DNA of 63,956 bases, the filler included, from Dugesia japonica (Eukaryota): NCBI GenBank assembly GCA_001938525.1. It is 6 parts of 6 records of this genome, joined end to end, with 100 filler letters (N's around TTAATTAATTAA, not from the genome) between each part and the next. Parts side by side here need not be neighbours in the genome. Positions count along the whole stretch, not along the records: positions 34,228 to 46,896 come from MQRL01645758.1; positions 46,997 to 55,663 come from MQRL01505143.1; 4 more parts are not named here. The stretch is one strand, 5' to 3'. The position numbers were made by a program, and so were the translations under genes. This document shows, piece by piece, positions 40,869 to 50,716 of this stretch (within the stretch, counting starts at the first letter, position 1; each line of letters opens with the position of its first letter). A model generated the notes under the pieces. That model ran no database searches and was not told the origin of the DNA. It saw nothing but the letters and a program-made list of their open reading frames with translations.

Positions 40869-40879
40869 TAATAATAATA
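40808..40879. repeat. (TAA)n microsatellite
   Basis: Near-perfect trinucleotide run. Confidence 0.95.
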
Positions 40880-41855
40880 TAGGTTAAAAATAATTTTATT
40901 TTGAAATTAAAAAATTAGTGAATTCCATTTAAGAAATATTTAAAAAATGTGACTGCCTATTATTATTTATAATGTTATTTGTATAGTTTCTGTAAACCTT
41001 TAGTAATTTTGATTAACTTACAAAAATTGCACATAAGATCCTCGTGGGAGAAAATCATCCGAATATTTTTTGTAATAGAAAGAATTTAGCTGAAAGAAGA
41101 AGAATTTATCATTTTATAAATAAATTTTCAATGAATTTATATTTAATATTTATTATTTACAGCTACTAAACAATAGATAACAATTTTGTTTTCATCAAAC
41201 AAATATTTGTTTCACTTTTTGTTTGTTGATTAAGCCTTTCTGTCTTTTTAAACTTTGATTCATTTCCGTTTTCACTTATTAACCAATTAAGCTTTAAGTT
41301 CTTCGAAACATAATTGTCTATTTTGTTTTCAGCAGTTCCATTGCAAAGTTGGGTATCGTTCAAAAATAATCGCAAGAAATTTTACGTCTTTTGAATCTTG
41401 TACCAAACTCAATAAAAGTATTTGAGCTTGGTTTCTTTCAAGATCATCTTTGAGCTGCCTACATCTAGCAGAATTGAGAATCCAAACAAAGTTTTGTATA
41501 GTATTTTGCCGTCTTTTGTGGCATATATTGTACCGGAATGAAACAAGCTGATTATCTATTGTTACATTTGAAAAATATTATTTTATGTGAAATTTAGAAA
41601 CTCATTCTCACAAAGATTTGGAATTGGTGTTAATGTATGACTAGCTCTGCGTTCTAGTCGACTGGGTTTGTTAAATCGAATAACATGAGTTATTATTTTG
41701 AAGATTCTTCGACGTAGTCGCACGAAGAAATAAACGTTTTATGATGCCACAAATTATTAATAAGTTTACAAGGATACCAAAAAACTACAGCCAAAATTAA
41801 AATTATAATATACAGGTGCAGTTCAATATTTTGTTATATTTAATATTACCACACG

Positions 41856-42457
41856 AGTAGTGAGATATGTCCGCACTGCCGCACCCCCCCCAGCCAGAAA
41901 AAAAATTTTTCGTCAAATTTTTTTCGCGACAAATTTTTTTTGAGATATGGACTTGAAACTCCACACATGTGGAGTCGAAACGAAGCATTTTTCGAGCATA
42001 GTACTTTAGACAATGTATGTAGACAATGTAACTTTTAATTTTAAGACTAATGGTAATAGTTTCAAGTCCATATCTCAAAAATAAAATTTAAAATTTAAAT
42101 TCAAATTCAAATATTTTATTGATCCNNNNNNNNNNNNNNNNNNNNNNNNNNNNNNNNNNNNGACGCATACTAGCGCGCATCTTTTCCACTTTTCAAAACA
42201 TCGATAGCATACACACATTAACCTAGAATTACTTTTTTAAAACTTTTAATATTTTGAAAAAAAAAATTTTTTTCAAGAATTTTTTCTCAACAAAAAAATT
42301 TTAAAAAAAATTTTTGTCAAAAAAAATTTTCAAAAAAATTTTTCAAAAAAATTTTTCAAAAAAAAATTTTCTAAAAAATTTGTCTCGAAAAAAATTTGAC
42401 GAAAATTTTTTTTTCTGGCTTGGGGGGTGGGCAGCAGTGCGGACATATCTCACTACT
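41856..42457. mobile_element. Short Polinton-type element with ~85-bp TIRs and 6-bp TSD (CACACG)
   Basis: CACACG|AGTAGTGAGATATGTCCGCACTGC...GCAGTGCGGACATATCTCACTACT|CACACG; internal 36-N gap. Confidence 0.85.
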
Positions 42458-43487
42458 CACACGCATCGTCAAAGGTTTGTAAATCTTCAAAATTTGTATT
42501 ATCAGCAACTTTTTTGCAAAGATTTATTAAAACATGATTCAAATTCATCCATTATATTTTCGATTCGCGGACGTTTATACTATTTTCTTCTCTTGACCTT
42601 CCATAAGTTGTAAATATTACTGCTTTCTAATTTAAGATTTTGAAATTTGACACGTAAATATCTACGTAGTGATCTTCCACATTATTCGTAGTACTCCTTC
42701 TATTTTTCAAATCTGGCAATATATTCTACCATATTTGAAATAAAACCTTCTCACAAACCAAGATCTTTTTATAACCTCTGTATAAACTTTCTTCTTTAGA
42801 ATTATCTCGACAATACATAGCTTCATTATCATCATCAGTTTCTTATATTATTTCTACTTTAGCAGTTTAGCTCAGAAACGTTGAAGGTCAAAACTAAATA
42901 CCCAATATTTTTTTAAAACATGTTAACCTTACATCATGAATTCATTCTTATCTTTAAAAACAAATAACTGAAGTACACTTGGCAAACACCTGCAGTGATA
43001 ACTACTTTAAAATAATATGGTAAGCGTGTAAATGCTGTTGGTGAAATTTCTCTAGACTAACGCACGCGTTATTTATTTGAATGCATCTTTGGAATGCTAA
43101 CATTATNTATGTACAATATTGAAGAGATATTGAATGCATTACCGGATTTCATTTTTACATCTAAACATAAAGTCTACAATAAAGTCCCACAGAAATACTG
43201 TTTGCACATCAGTTGAGCAAAAAAAAGTGGTGGAAAAGCAAGAGATTTGGTTGATAGGTAAGGAAGTAATTTCAGTTACGAGAGACCAATAATTTAGAAA
43301 GACGTACAAAAACAAAGGTAATGATATATACCAAGGTTCTTATGATTTTAAATGATGCACAAAAGGCGCTATGTGTGCTTTTAAAAATATCTAAGTAAAT
43401 GCGGTATTTTAAAAATCCATGTGGTAACATTTTAATAAAGATTTTGTGAATTCTAACATGTTTTGATATTATAGGTTACATAAAAGG

Positions 43488-44150
43488 AGTAAGGAATAGT
43501 AGCACACGGTCACAACTTGAGAAAACCCTCCTCCTCCTCCCTCCCTCTGGGTTTACTCGACAACTGCTTACGATTTAAACAGACTTTTGTGACCGTATTA
43601 TTGTAATTGGGTTTTTTTCTAAGATTTTTTAAGATCAAAAACATTTTGATTGGATCAAATTTTTTTTAGATCAGATCATTTTTTTATACTGATGCGTGGT
43701 TTTATATTTTTAAATTTTAAATTTTGTGTGTGTTTGAGTTGCTAAAGGGATATTTAAAAATAGGGAAAGTTGAGTTTGTGTGTTTGGTTGTGTGTAAGTG
43801 TGAAAGAAGGAATTCGAAGGGGAGCTGAAGATCTTGGAAATAATTTTTCGGGGTATTTTAAGATTTGGTTGTGGTTGGACAAAAATTCGTTCTATATACT
43901 GTTTAAAGTACTTATGAGGTTGGATAAATGGTTTGTCCTAGAAGTGTGGTAGCGCACGGTCACAGTTGTATGAGTTATCATGGGGTATTTTATGGAGGGT
44001 GTATGTTTGTATAGGGTTGTTGGATTTTGTTGGTTTATGAGTTGTTGGAAAGGTAATGTGATGGAAAATATTTGGGAAGTCAATTGTGACTTAATTTATG
44101 ATTTTTAGTGCTTGAATTTGATTGGTCAATTTTTGTAAGTAGTATAAGTT
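43488..44150 (+). mobile_element. Family-B Polinton-type left terminus
   Basis: AGTAAGGAATAGTAGCACAC; colinear with the rc of 15150-15838. Confidence 0.65.
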
Positions 44151-44719
44151 TGTTAAAATAGATTAGTAATGGAGTATTGAGGGTACATCCCCTTTACCCT
44201 GCTGGATTTTGAAAGACCTGTTTTTTATAGCCCAAATGATCACTTTTAAGTCCTTTTCATCAATATTTACATAAATTAGATTAATAAAATTGTTCAAATT
44301 TTCAAAATTTTCAAATTTTTCAAATTTATAAAAATATTTTATTTGAGAAGTTTTGGAATTTATGGGTTTTTTCTCATTTTACCAAAATTTGATTTATTTC
44401 ATAAATTTAAAAAACAAATTTCCCTGGAGAAAAATTACATTTTTAGGTAAATTTTAAAATAAAATAAATTTAATTGAAAAAAGAATGGAAAATTTAATCA
44501 TTAATAATTGATCAGAAATAATTGATAAAAATATAATTTTATATACTAAATGTTACTTTAATTCTAAAAAACATGACGATTTTTCCATTAGTTGTTTTTC
44601 AGAAAATTATCAATATATTTATTCTTTACTTGCTTATATTAAAACAAGAATAGGAACGATTTGAAAGACAATGTATTGGAATTGATTTTAAATGCGAAAA
44701 AAGAAAATTAGGGTTAGAA

Positions 44720-45007
44720 TTGAAATATTCAATATTTTCATCTTGCTGGGATTCTTATAAAAATATTTACAGAAAACTTCATAAATTTAAAATTTTATAC
44801 CCAAACTATCAAGTTGTTTATGGTTGCTTGAAAGATCGAATACCAAAGAATTTTAAAGATAAAAATGAAATTTGGACAATTTCTGGCGAAAATTTATGGT
44901 ACTTTTTATTTAAAAAACAAGGAAAAGAATTAAATAATTTAATTGAAGAAGAAATAAAATTAAAAATAAATCAAATATTGAAAGAAGATGAAAATTTGAT
45001 AAAATAA
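44720..45007 (+). CDS. Hypothetical protein upstream of pPolB (probably Polinton accessory gene remnant)
   Basis: 95-aa open frame just upstream of the pPolB 5' fragment; no recognisable motif. Confidence 0.35.
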   Translation: MKYSIFSSCWDSYKNIYRKLHKFKILYPNYQVVYGCLKDRIPKNFKDKNEIWTISGENLWYFLFKKQGKELNNLIEEEIKLKINQILKEDENLIK

Positions 45008-45054
45008 TAGAAAATTATTAATTAAAATAAAATAAAATTTTTAAAAATAGCGAA

Positions 45055-45190
45055 ATGCAAGTACAAACTAATGAACTTTATTGTAATGTATGTAACTCAT
45101 TTTAGATCTATGCAAGGATTAAGAGGACATGAAACTTCTTCAAATCGACATAGAAATGTTCTTTTAAATCAAAATAATCAAAATAATCAA
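45055..45190 (+). pseudogene. pPolB extreme N-terminus (C2H2 zinc finger, frameshifted)
   Basis: MQVQTNELYCNVCNS/RSMQGLRGHETSSNRHRNVLLNQNNQNNQ is paralogous to the start of the minus-strand ORF (HRNNLLNQNNQ). Confidence 0.6.
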
Positions 45191-45192
45191 TT

Positions 45193-46668
45193 TTATTGTT
45201 CAATTTTAGTCATTACTATTGGATAATTAGTTCCTAATATACATTTAAAATTAAATTCTAATTCTTCAAATAATTTTACAAATTCTGTTACTGCAGTTTC
45301 TCCAAAGAATTCATAATATCTTGATTCTATTAATTCTGGATAACCAAAAACTATTTGCATGCCAAAAGACATTGCTTCTTGTTTAAATAATTTATTACTA
45401 GTTGAATTTTGATTAATTTTATTAAATGCTTCAAAATCCGCATAAATTCTAAATGGAACTTTATTTTTATAATGAAATTTATCAAATTCGAAATATTGTT
45501 TAGTTGGGAATGTATTTTCGGCAGGACTATTTCCTCTACAATCCAAAACATAATGTTTATTTAATGTTCCCATTGATCTAAAAGAACATAAACAATTTAA
45601 ACATGGAAAAGCTCTATGTGTACTTGAGTGCCTTAAAAAAGTTGAAACATCTTTACATAAAACATAATTTCCTTTTAAATTTTCATCAGAATCATTATGT
45701 GAATAGAAAAACAAATTTGTATAATGAATTTCATTAATTGTAATTGGTTTCCAATATCTATGTTCAACATGTATTTGTTTTATTGTTTTATGTCTATCAA
45801 TTTCAAAAACATTTATTTTAAAAGACGAATTTAATGAAAAAAACGTTGTAATGTCTTTTAAAGATAAAGGAAATGTTAAATTATTATTAAGATTAATTTC
45901 ATTAGGATATTTATAATAAGATTCAGGTTTTAAAGGATTAATTTCGTTTGGATGTAAAGAAGCTAAAATTGACCAAATAAAACAATAATCGTCATTATTT
46001 TCAATATTTAATAAATTAGTTTCATTAAATGGTAATTTAATATATGATCCTGCAAAAGAAGTTCTGTATTCACAAATTGTTAAAGAAATTTGAATTAAAC
46101 TAGTTATATTTAATCCTCTTACTTGAAAATCATCCATTTGAGTTCTAAATTGATTATAGATTTCAATTAAATTATTTTCGATATCATTTAATGAAACGAC
46201 TACTTTTGCTTGATGTGAAATACCATAATCAATAATTGTTTCATTTGGTGTTAAATATTTACAAACTAGATTAATTCTCATTTTAAAAGCATTATTGTTT
46301 GGAAAATAATAATTAGTTATTAATTCTTTGAAAATATTAAAATAATCAATTGGAATTTCTCTTCTATTATTATTTTCTTCAAGATTTCTAGTAATTGAAA
46401 CTAATTCATTTCTATTAAATAAATTAAATCTTTCTAATCCATTAATGTTTAGAAAATTGATTAATCGTTGATTATTTGCTAAACCTGAAAATCTTTGAAT
46501 ATTTTGAATTTGTCTTAATTTATTTAAATGATCTCTTCCATTTAAATGTCTATCAATTTCATATTGATATTGAAAATTTCTACTACAAATTTCACAATGT
46601 AATTGACTATTTTGATTATTTTGCTGAATTTGGTTATTTTGATTTAAAAGATTATTTCTATGTTTCAT
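45193..46668 (-). CDS. Polinton protein-primed DNA polymerase B, N-terminal part (zinc finger, terminal-protein region, ExoI), truncated
   Basis: CEIC...HLNGRDH finger; GSYIKLP...NIENNDDYCFIWSILASLHP; CLNC...H...C; PFRIYADFEAF (ExoI). Polymerase motifs are absent. Confidence 0.88.
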   Translation of the reverse strand: MKHRNNLLNQNNQIQQNNQNSQLHCEICSRNFQYQYEIDRHLNGRDHLNKLRQIQNIQRFSGLANNQRLINFLNINGLERFNLFNRNELVSITRNLEENNNRREIPIDYFNIFKELITNYYFPNNNAFKMRINLVCKYLTPNETIIDYGISHQAKVVVSLNDIENNLIEIYNQFRTQMDDFQVRGLNITSLIQISLTICEYRTSFAGSYIKLPFNETNLLNIENNDDYCFIWSILASLHPNEINPLKPESYYKYPNEINLNNNLTFPLSLKDITTFFSLNSSFKINVFEIDRHKTIKQIHVEHRYWKPITINEIHYTNLFFYSHNDSDENLKGNYVLCKDVSTFLRHSSTHRAFPCLNCLCSFRSMGTLNKHYVLDCRGNSPAENTFPTKQYFEFDKFHYKNKVPFRIYADFEAFNKINQNSTSNKLFKQEAMSFGMQIVFGYPELIESRYYEFFGETAVTEFVKLFEELEFNFKCILGTNYPIVMTKIEQ

Positions 46669-46712
46669 AAATATAAGATAAAGCTTCGNTCAAAACAAAA
46701 TTTATTTGTAAA

Positions 46713-46750
46713 ATGTTCAAATTTTCGACAATAGTCTTCTTCAGGAACAT
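46713..46750 (-). ncRNA. Minimal type I hammerhead ribozyme in Penelope-like pLTR fragment
   Basis: AUGUUC-CUGAAGA-A-GAC(UAUU)GUC-GAAA-AU-UU-GAACAU; stem I covaries relative to the 22870 copy. Confidence 0.82.
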
Positions 46751-46896
46751 GTTGGCTTCTTGAGATATTCAATGCAACAGACCATTGTTACTAAATTCTT
46801 TAAATTTTATCAAAATTTTATCGGTTTATTTTTTTAAAATTTATTGATTTTAATTTTTTTTATTTTTTTTAAAATTTAATAATTTTAATTTTTTAT

Positions 46897-46996
46897 NNNN
46901 NNNNNNNNNNNNNNNNNNNNNNNNNNNNNNNNNNNNNNNNTTAATTAATTAANNNNNNNNNNNNNNNNNNNNNNNNNNNNNNNNNNNNNNNNNNNN
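46897..46996. other. Artificial scaffold linker
   Basis: 44N-TTAATTAATTAA-44N. Confidence 0.95.
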
Positions 46997-47453
46997 AAAA
47001 AAATATTAAAACAAAAAAAAACGATTAAAACAAAACAAAAAAAATTCTTTATTAAAACAAAATTTTTAAATTTATGTATTTCCGTGAGAGAGGGATGAGG
47101 TATGTCTTTGTTCTGACATTGAAAAATTTTTGAAAAATAGTATGACTCAAAAAAATTCCAAAATGGTCGGATGGTGGGGGGTAGTTGTAGGGGGAGGGGG
47201 GTAAGGGTAAGAGGTAAGGGGTACCTAAATTTCTTTGTTCTGACATTGAAAATTTTTTGAAAAATATGAGTCATCAAAAAGTGGGCGGGCAAAAAATTGG
47301 GCGTGGAGAAAAAAATGTAGGCGGAGAAAAAGATAAAAAGTGGGCGTGACCAAAAAAGTAGGCGGGTTCCAAAAAAGAGGCGGGCAAAATATCGGGATGT
47401 GGGGTACCCCTTCCTCGAGGGGCTCCGGTTAGGTGCGCTCATATTTACTTACT
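46997..47453 (-). mobile_element. Polinton-type right terminus (family of 1000-1531)
   Basis: rc AGTAAGTAAATATGAGCGCACC; GGGCGG array at 47280-47385. Confidence 0.7.
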
Positions 47454-47530
47454 TCATGCGTTCATTAGTATTTAGATAGTAGCGCACTAGATCACCCCCT
47501 CCCCCGCCGACAAAGAACTAATAGAGTAGT

Positions 47531-48134
47531 GATGATGAGTCATAGGTATGAGTCATCGTTGACTCGAGACAAAGACGATGAGTCATCGATGAGTCATCGG
47601 TANNNNNNNNNNNNNNNNNNNNNNNNNNNNNNNNNNNNNNNNNNNNNNNNNNNNNNNNNNNNNNNNNNNNNNNNNNNNNNNNNNNNNNNNNNNNNTTTTT
47701 TCTTTCAAAAATTTTTCTATGTCCATTTTAACAAAGAACGACATTCATAGATCAGGAGTCATACTTTTTTTCGAAAATTTTTCTATGTTCATTTTAACAA
47801 AGAACGAAAATCATAGATCAGGAGTCATACTTTTTATCGAAAATTTTTCTAAATCCATTTAAACAAAGAAAAATTTTATAGATTTTTTTTTAATTTATTT
47901 TTTTTTAATCTTTTTTTTTAAATTCAATTATTTTCTTTTAATAGAGGATATACTTTTGAACCTCAGAGGGTAGGCTAAACCCTATAAAGAGACCTCTTAT
48001 GATTGGTGTCACGTGATTTTACTATACCGGAAAGTATCACGTGACTTTTTTTGCATGCGAATTTTCGCATTTAATTTTTCACATTTAATTTTTCGCATTT
48101 AAAATATAAAATTATTAAATTTTTTCTATAGAAA
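47531..48134 (+). promoter_or_regulatory. Putative enhancer/promoter of the rightward gene block
   Basis: 4x ATGAGTCAT (AP-1 consensus), ~68-bp tandem repeats at 47700-47870, ATTGG at 48002, 2x TCACGTGA, 3x TTTTC(G/A)CATTTAA, and TATAAA ~28 nt before ATG 48135. Confidence 0.5.
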
Positions 48135-48470
48135 ATGAGTACAGAGAATAAAGTTGTTTCAGAGAAAATGACTATTGAGAAAAAACCATTACAAGGAATG
48201 GGTTTAGAATCTATTATGAATATTATAAATACTATTATTGATATGGAAAAAATAAATATAGATGAGATAATATCTTATACAAAATGTGAACTTACACAAA
48301 AAGTTTCTAAGCGTAATTTAAAAAATCTTTATAACTTACATGCTTGGGTAGATCAACTTAATACATTCGATGAAAATAAAGAATTTATTAAAAAAGTTTC
48401 GACTTATTTTATGGTTATATATACAGGTGATCAATCTAAAGGTTTATTAATTAATTTTTATGAAAGGTAA
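48135..48470 (+). CDS. Polinton hypothetical protein (111 aa)
   Basis: First ORF after the promoter; overlaps the next ORF. Confidence 0.6.
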   Translation: MSTENKVVSEKMTIEKKPLQGMGLESIMNIINTIIDMEKINIDEIISYTKCELTQKVSKRNLKNLYNLHAWVDQLNTFDENKEFIKKVSTYFMVIYTGDQSKGLLINFYER

Positions 48471-48804
48471 AATTGAACATTGTGAAAAAATTATTGAAGA
48501 ATATAAAGTATTGTATCAAAAAGAGAGAGATGAACATAATGCTGTTTTAAAGAAATATAATGAATTATCAAAACCGAAACTTGTTGATTTTATTTGTATT
48601 AAATTTGATCCAAAAAAAATAAATGGTAATCCTGTAAGTGTAAATGCTGTTGATGTTATTAATTTATATAATAATTTAAATAAAAATCATAAAGAACTTG
48701 ATTCCCTTTCTATAAATGAATATACTCCAATATCAATAGAAGGAACTAAAACAATTGCATCTGCAAAAGCTATAATAGACTATTTAGAAATAGCAAATGG
48801 ATAA
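48460..48804 (+). CDS. Polinton hypothetical protein (114 aa, N-terminal coiled coil)
   Basis: Open frame overlapping its neighbours by 11 and 8 nt. Confidence 0.6.
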   Translation: MKGKIEHCEKIIEEYKVLYQKERDEHNAVLKKYNELSKPKLVDFICIKFDPKKINGNPVSVNAVDVINLYNNLNKNHKELDSLSINEYTPISIEGTKTIASAKAIIDYLEIANG

Positions 48805-49162
48805 AACCGATAAAACAACAACAGTTTTTTATAGAATGTTAAATAATTATAATTTTAAAAATAACTCTATAATAAATTTTTGTAAAATAAATAATCTCAA
48901 TGAAAAAACTGTAAAGAAATATTTAAAACAATGGAATATTGANNNNNNNNNNAGAACATGGAATCCATCTAGAAATAATCAAAGAAATTCAAATGGTAGT
49001 TTTATATCTGCAATTGATAGATTTGAAAATAGAGTGGAAAATAGAGATGAAAATAAAAAATCTATTGTTATTTCTATAGATAAAAACTCTAATAGTAAAA
49101 TTAATTATGATGAATTCGGAGAAGAGTTAAAAAAACTCATACAGTATGATAAGATAACGTAA
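48797..49162 (+). CDS. Polinton hypothetical protein, possible HTH
   Basis: SIINFCKINNLNEKTVKKYLKQW has an HTH-like pattern. Confidence 0.55.
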   Translation: MDKTDKTTTVFYRMLNNYNFKNNSIINFCKINNLNEKTVKKYLKQWNIXXXXRTWNPSRNNQRNSNGSFISAIDRFENRVENRDENKKSIVISIDKNSNSKINYDEFGEELKKLIQYDKIT

Positions 49163-49228
49163 GATAATAGTAACACAATAGTATCATAAAAAAAATAACA
49201 CACTAAAATATTACTATAAGAAACAGAC

Positions 49229-49366
49229 ATGGAAAATAAAATTAAATCAGATTATTATGAAAAAAGAAATAATGAAAGAATAATGGTTGAATATGTATTA
49301 AGAAGACCATATGTTAAAGTTCCAGATGAAATAAAATTTATGCAAAAATCTATCTTTAAGAAATGA
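49229..49366 (+). CDS. 45-aa ORF coupled to the MCP start by an ATGA overlap
   Basis: MENKIKSDYYEKRNNERIMVEYVLRRPYVKVPDEIKFMQKSIFKK*; TGA overlaps ATG 49363. Confidence 0.45.
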   Translation: MENKIKSDYYEKRNNERIMVEYVLRRPYVKVPDEIKFMQKSIFKK

Positions 49367-50715
49367 TAGATTTAGATTATAATATTGAATTTCAACATAC
49401 AGCAATTAAAAATGACATACTTAAAATCTCACCGTCATCCGGGTCAATTAATAATTTAAATGCAAATGGCGATATTGTATTTCAATCTCTGCAATCTACA
49501 AATCCATTAGACATTTGCAATGCATTATTATATTTCAGAATTGAAATTAAAGATGCAACAAAAGACAAAATTACATTAGAAAATAATTTCTTTCCAAGTT
49601 TATTTAAATTAATGAGATTAACACTAGGATCTACTCATATAGAAACTATAAACGATCCAGGTGTAATTTCAACAATGTTAAATTTTATATCTACAACTGA
49701 AACCTATAAAAGATAATACGGACAATTATCAGGTTAGATTCCAGATATTAACAAAGGAGATACTGAAGTAAAATCATGGGAAAATAATCTTGGATATTAT
49801 AAAAGAAAAAAATTTTATTCATCAAATAAATTTGAAGGTTATTTTCAATTAAGAAATTTATTTGGATTCATGCAAAATTATAATCGTCTTTTATATAATA
49901 CAATGATAGAATTTACATGTAACCGTCAACTAGAAGATAAATTAATATTTTATGATGAAAAAGATTCAACTGCAAAATTAACATTATTAACACTAGAACT
50001 TCACATTCCGGAACAAAGATTATTACCAAGAAAAGAATTAATTCTACTAGAAAGAATTTCAACAAATAAACCAATTAAAGTTTCATTTTTAAATNNNNNN
50101 NNNNNNAAATCAAATCTTGACACTGGAGGTTATTATTCAATCAAAATTAGCTCTCTAGCATATCAACCTAGATATATTTTAATTTGCATAAAAGATCCTA
50201 ATATTTCACATCAAATTAATAATAATTTATTTATTCAAAGTACATATACAACAACTAAAGAAAAAGTTAAAGAAACCACAAAAGTTGGTGATAAAGAAGA
50301 AACAAAAGATGTTGAAAAAGAAGTTAAAAAATATTCATGTTTAAAAGGTATCCAATTACAATTAAATAATACCTATTATCCAATCAACGAATTAAAATTT
50401 GATATGACAAAGAATGAAATGGCTTATCCATATATGCAATACATAAAATGTTGTCATGAATTTTTAACAGAACCACAATTATCATTAATGGATTTCACTA
50501 ATTTATATCCAATGTTTTGTTTTGATGTCAGTGCACATGATGATAAAATGAATATTAATAATGTTGATGTCACATTACATATATCAAAAGATCCAGATTT
50601 CAAAGGAACTCTTTACTGGTGTATCCTCGAAGAAAAACATGTTGAAATGAAACTTGCAAATAATAAAATTGTTTTAATTGAAAATGTAAGAGGTATTGAT
50701 ATAACATCTAAATAA
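49363..50715 (+). pseudogene. Polinton major capsid protein (double jelly roll), ~450 codons, two in-frame stops
   Basis: Single frame with TAA at 49714 and TAG at 49735. Motifs NNFFPSLF, LFGFMQNYNRLLYN, QPRYILI, LQLNNTYYP, LSLMDFTNLYPMFCFDVS. Confidence 0.82.
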
Positions 50716-50716
50716 A

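Noticed and set aside
43040-43150. Possible Harbinger transposase motif (RTRYLFECIFGML)
   Set aside because: Single short motif with no supporting DDE context.
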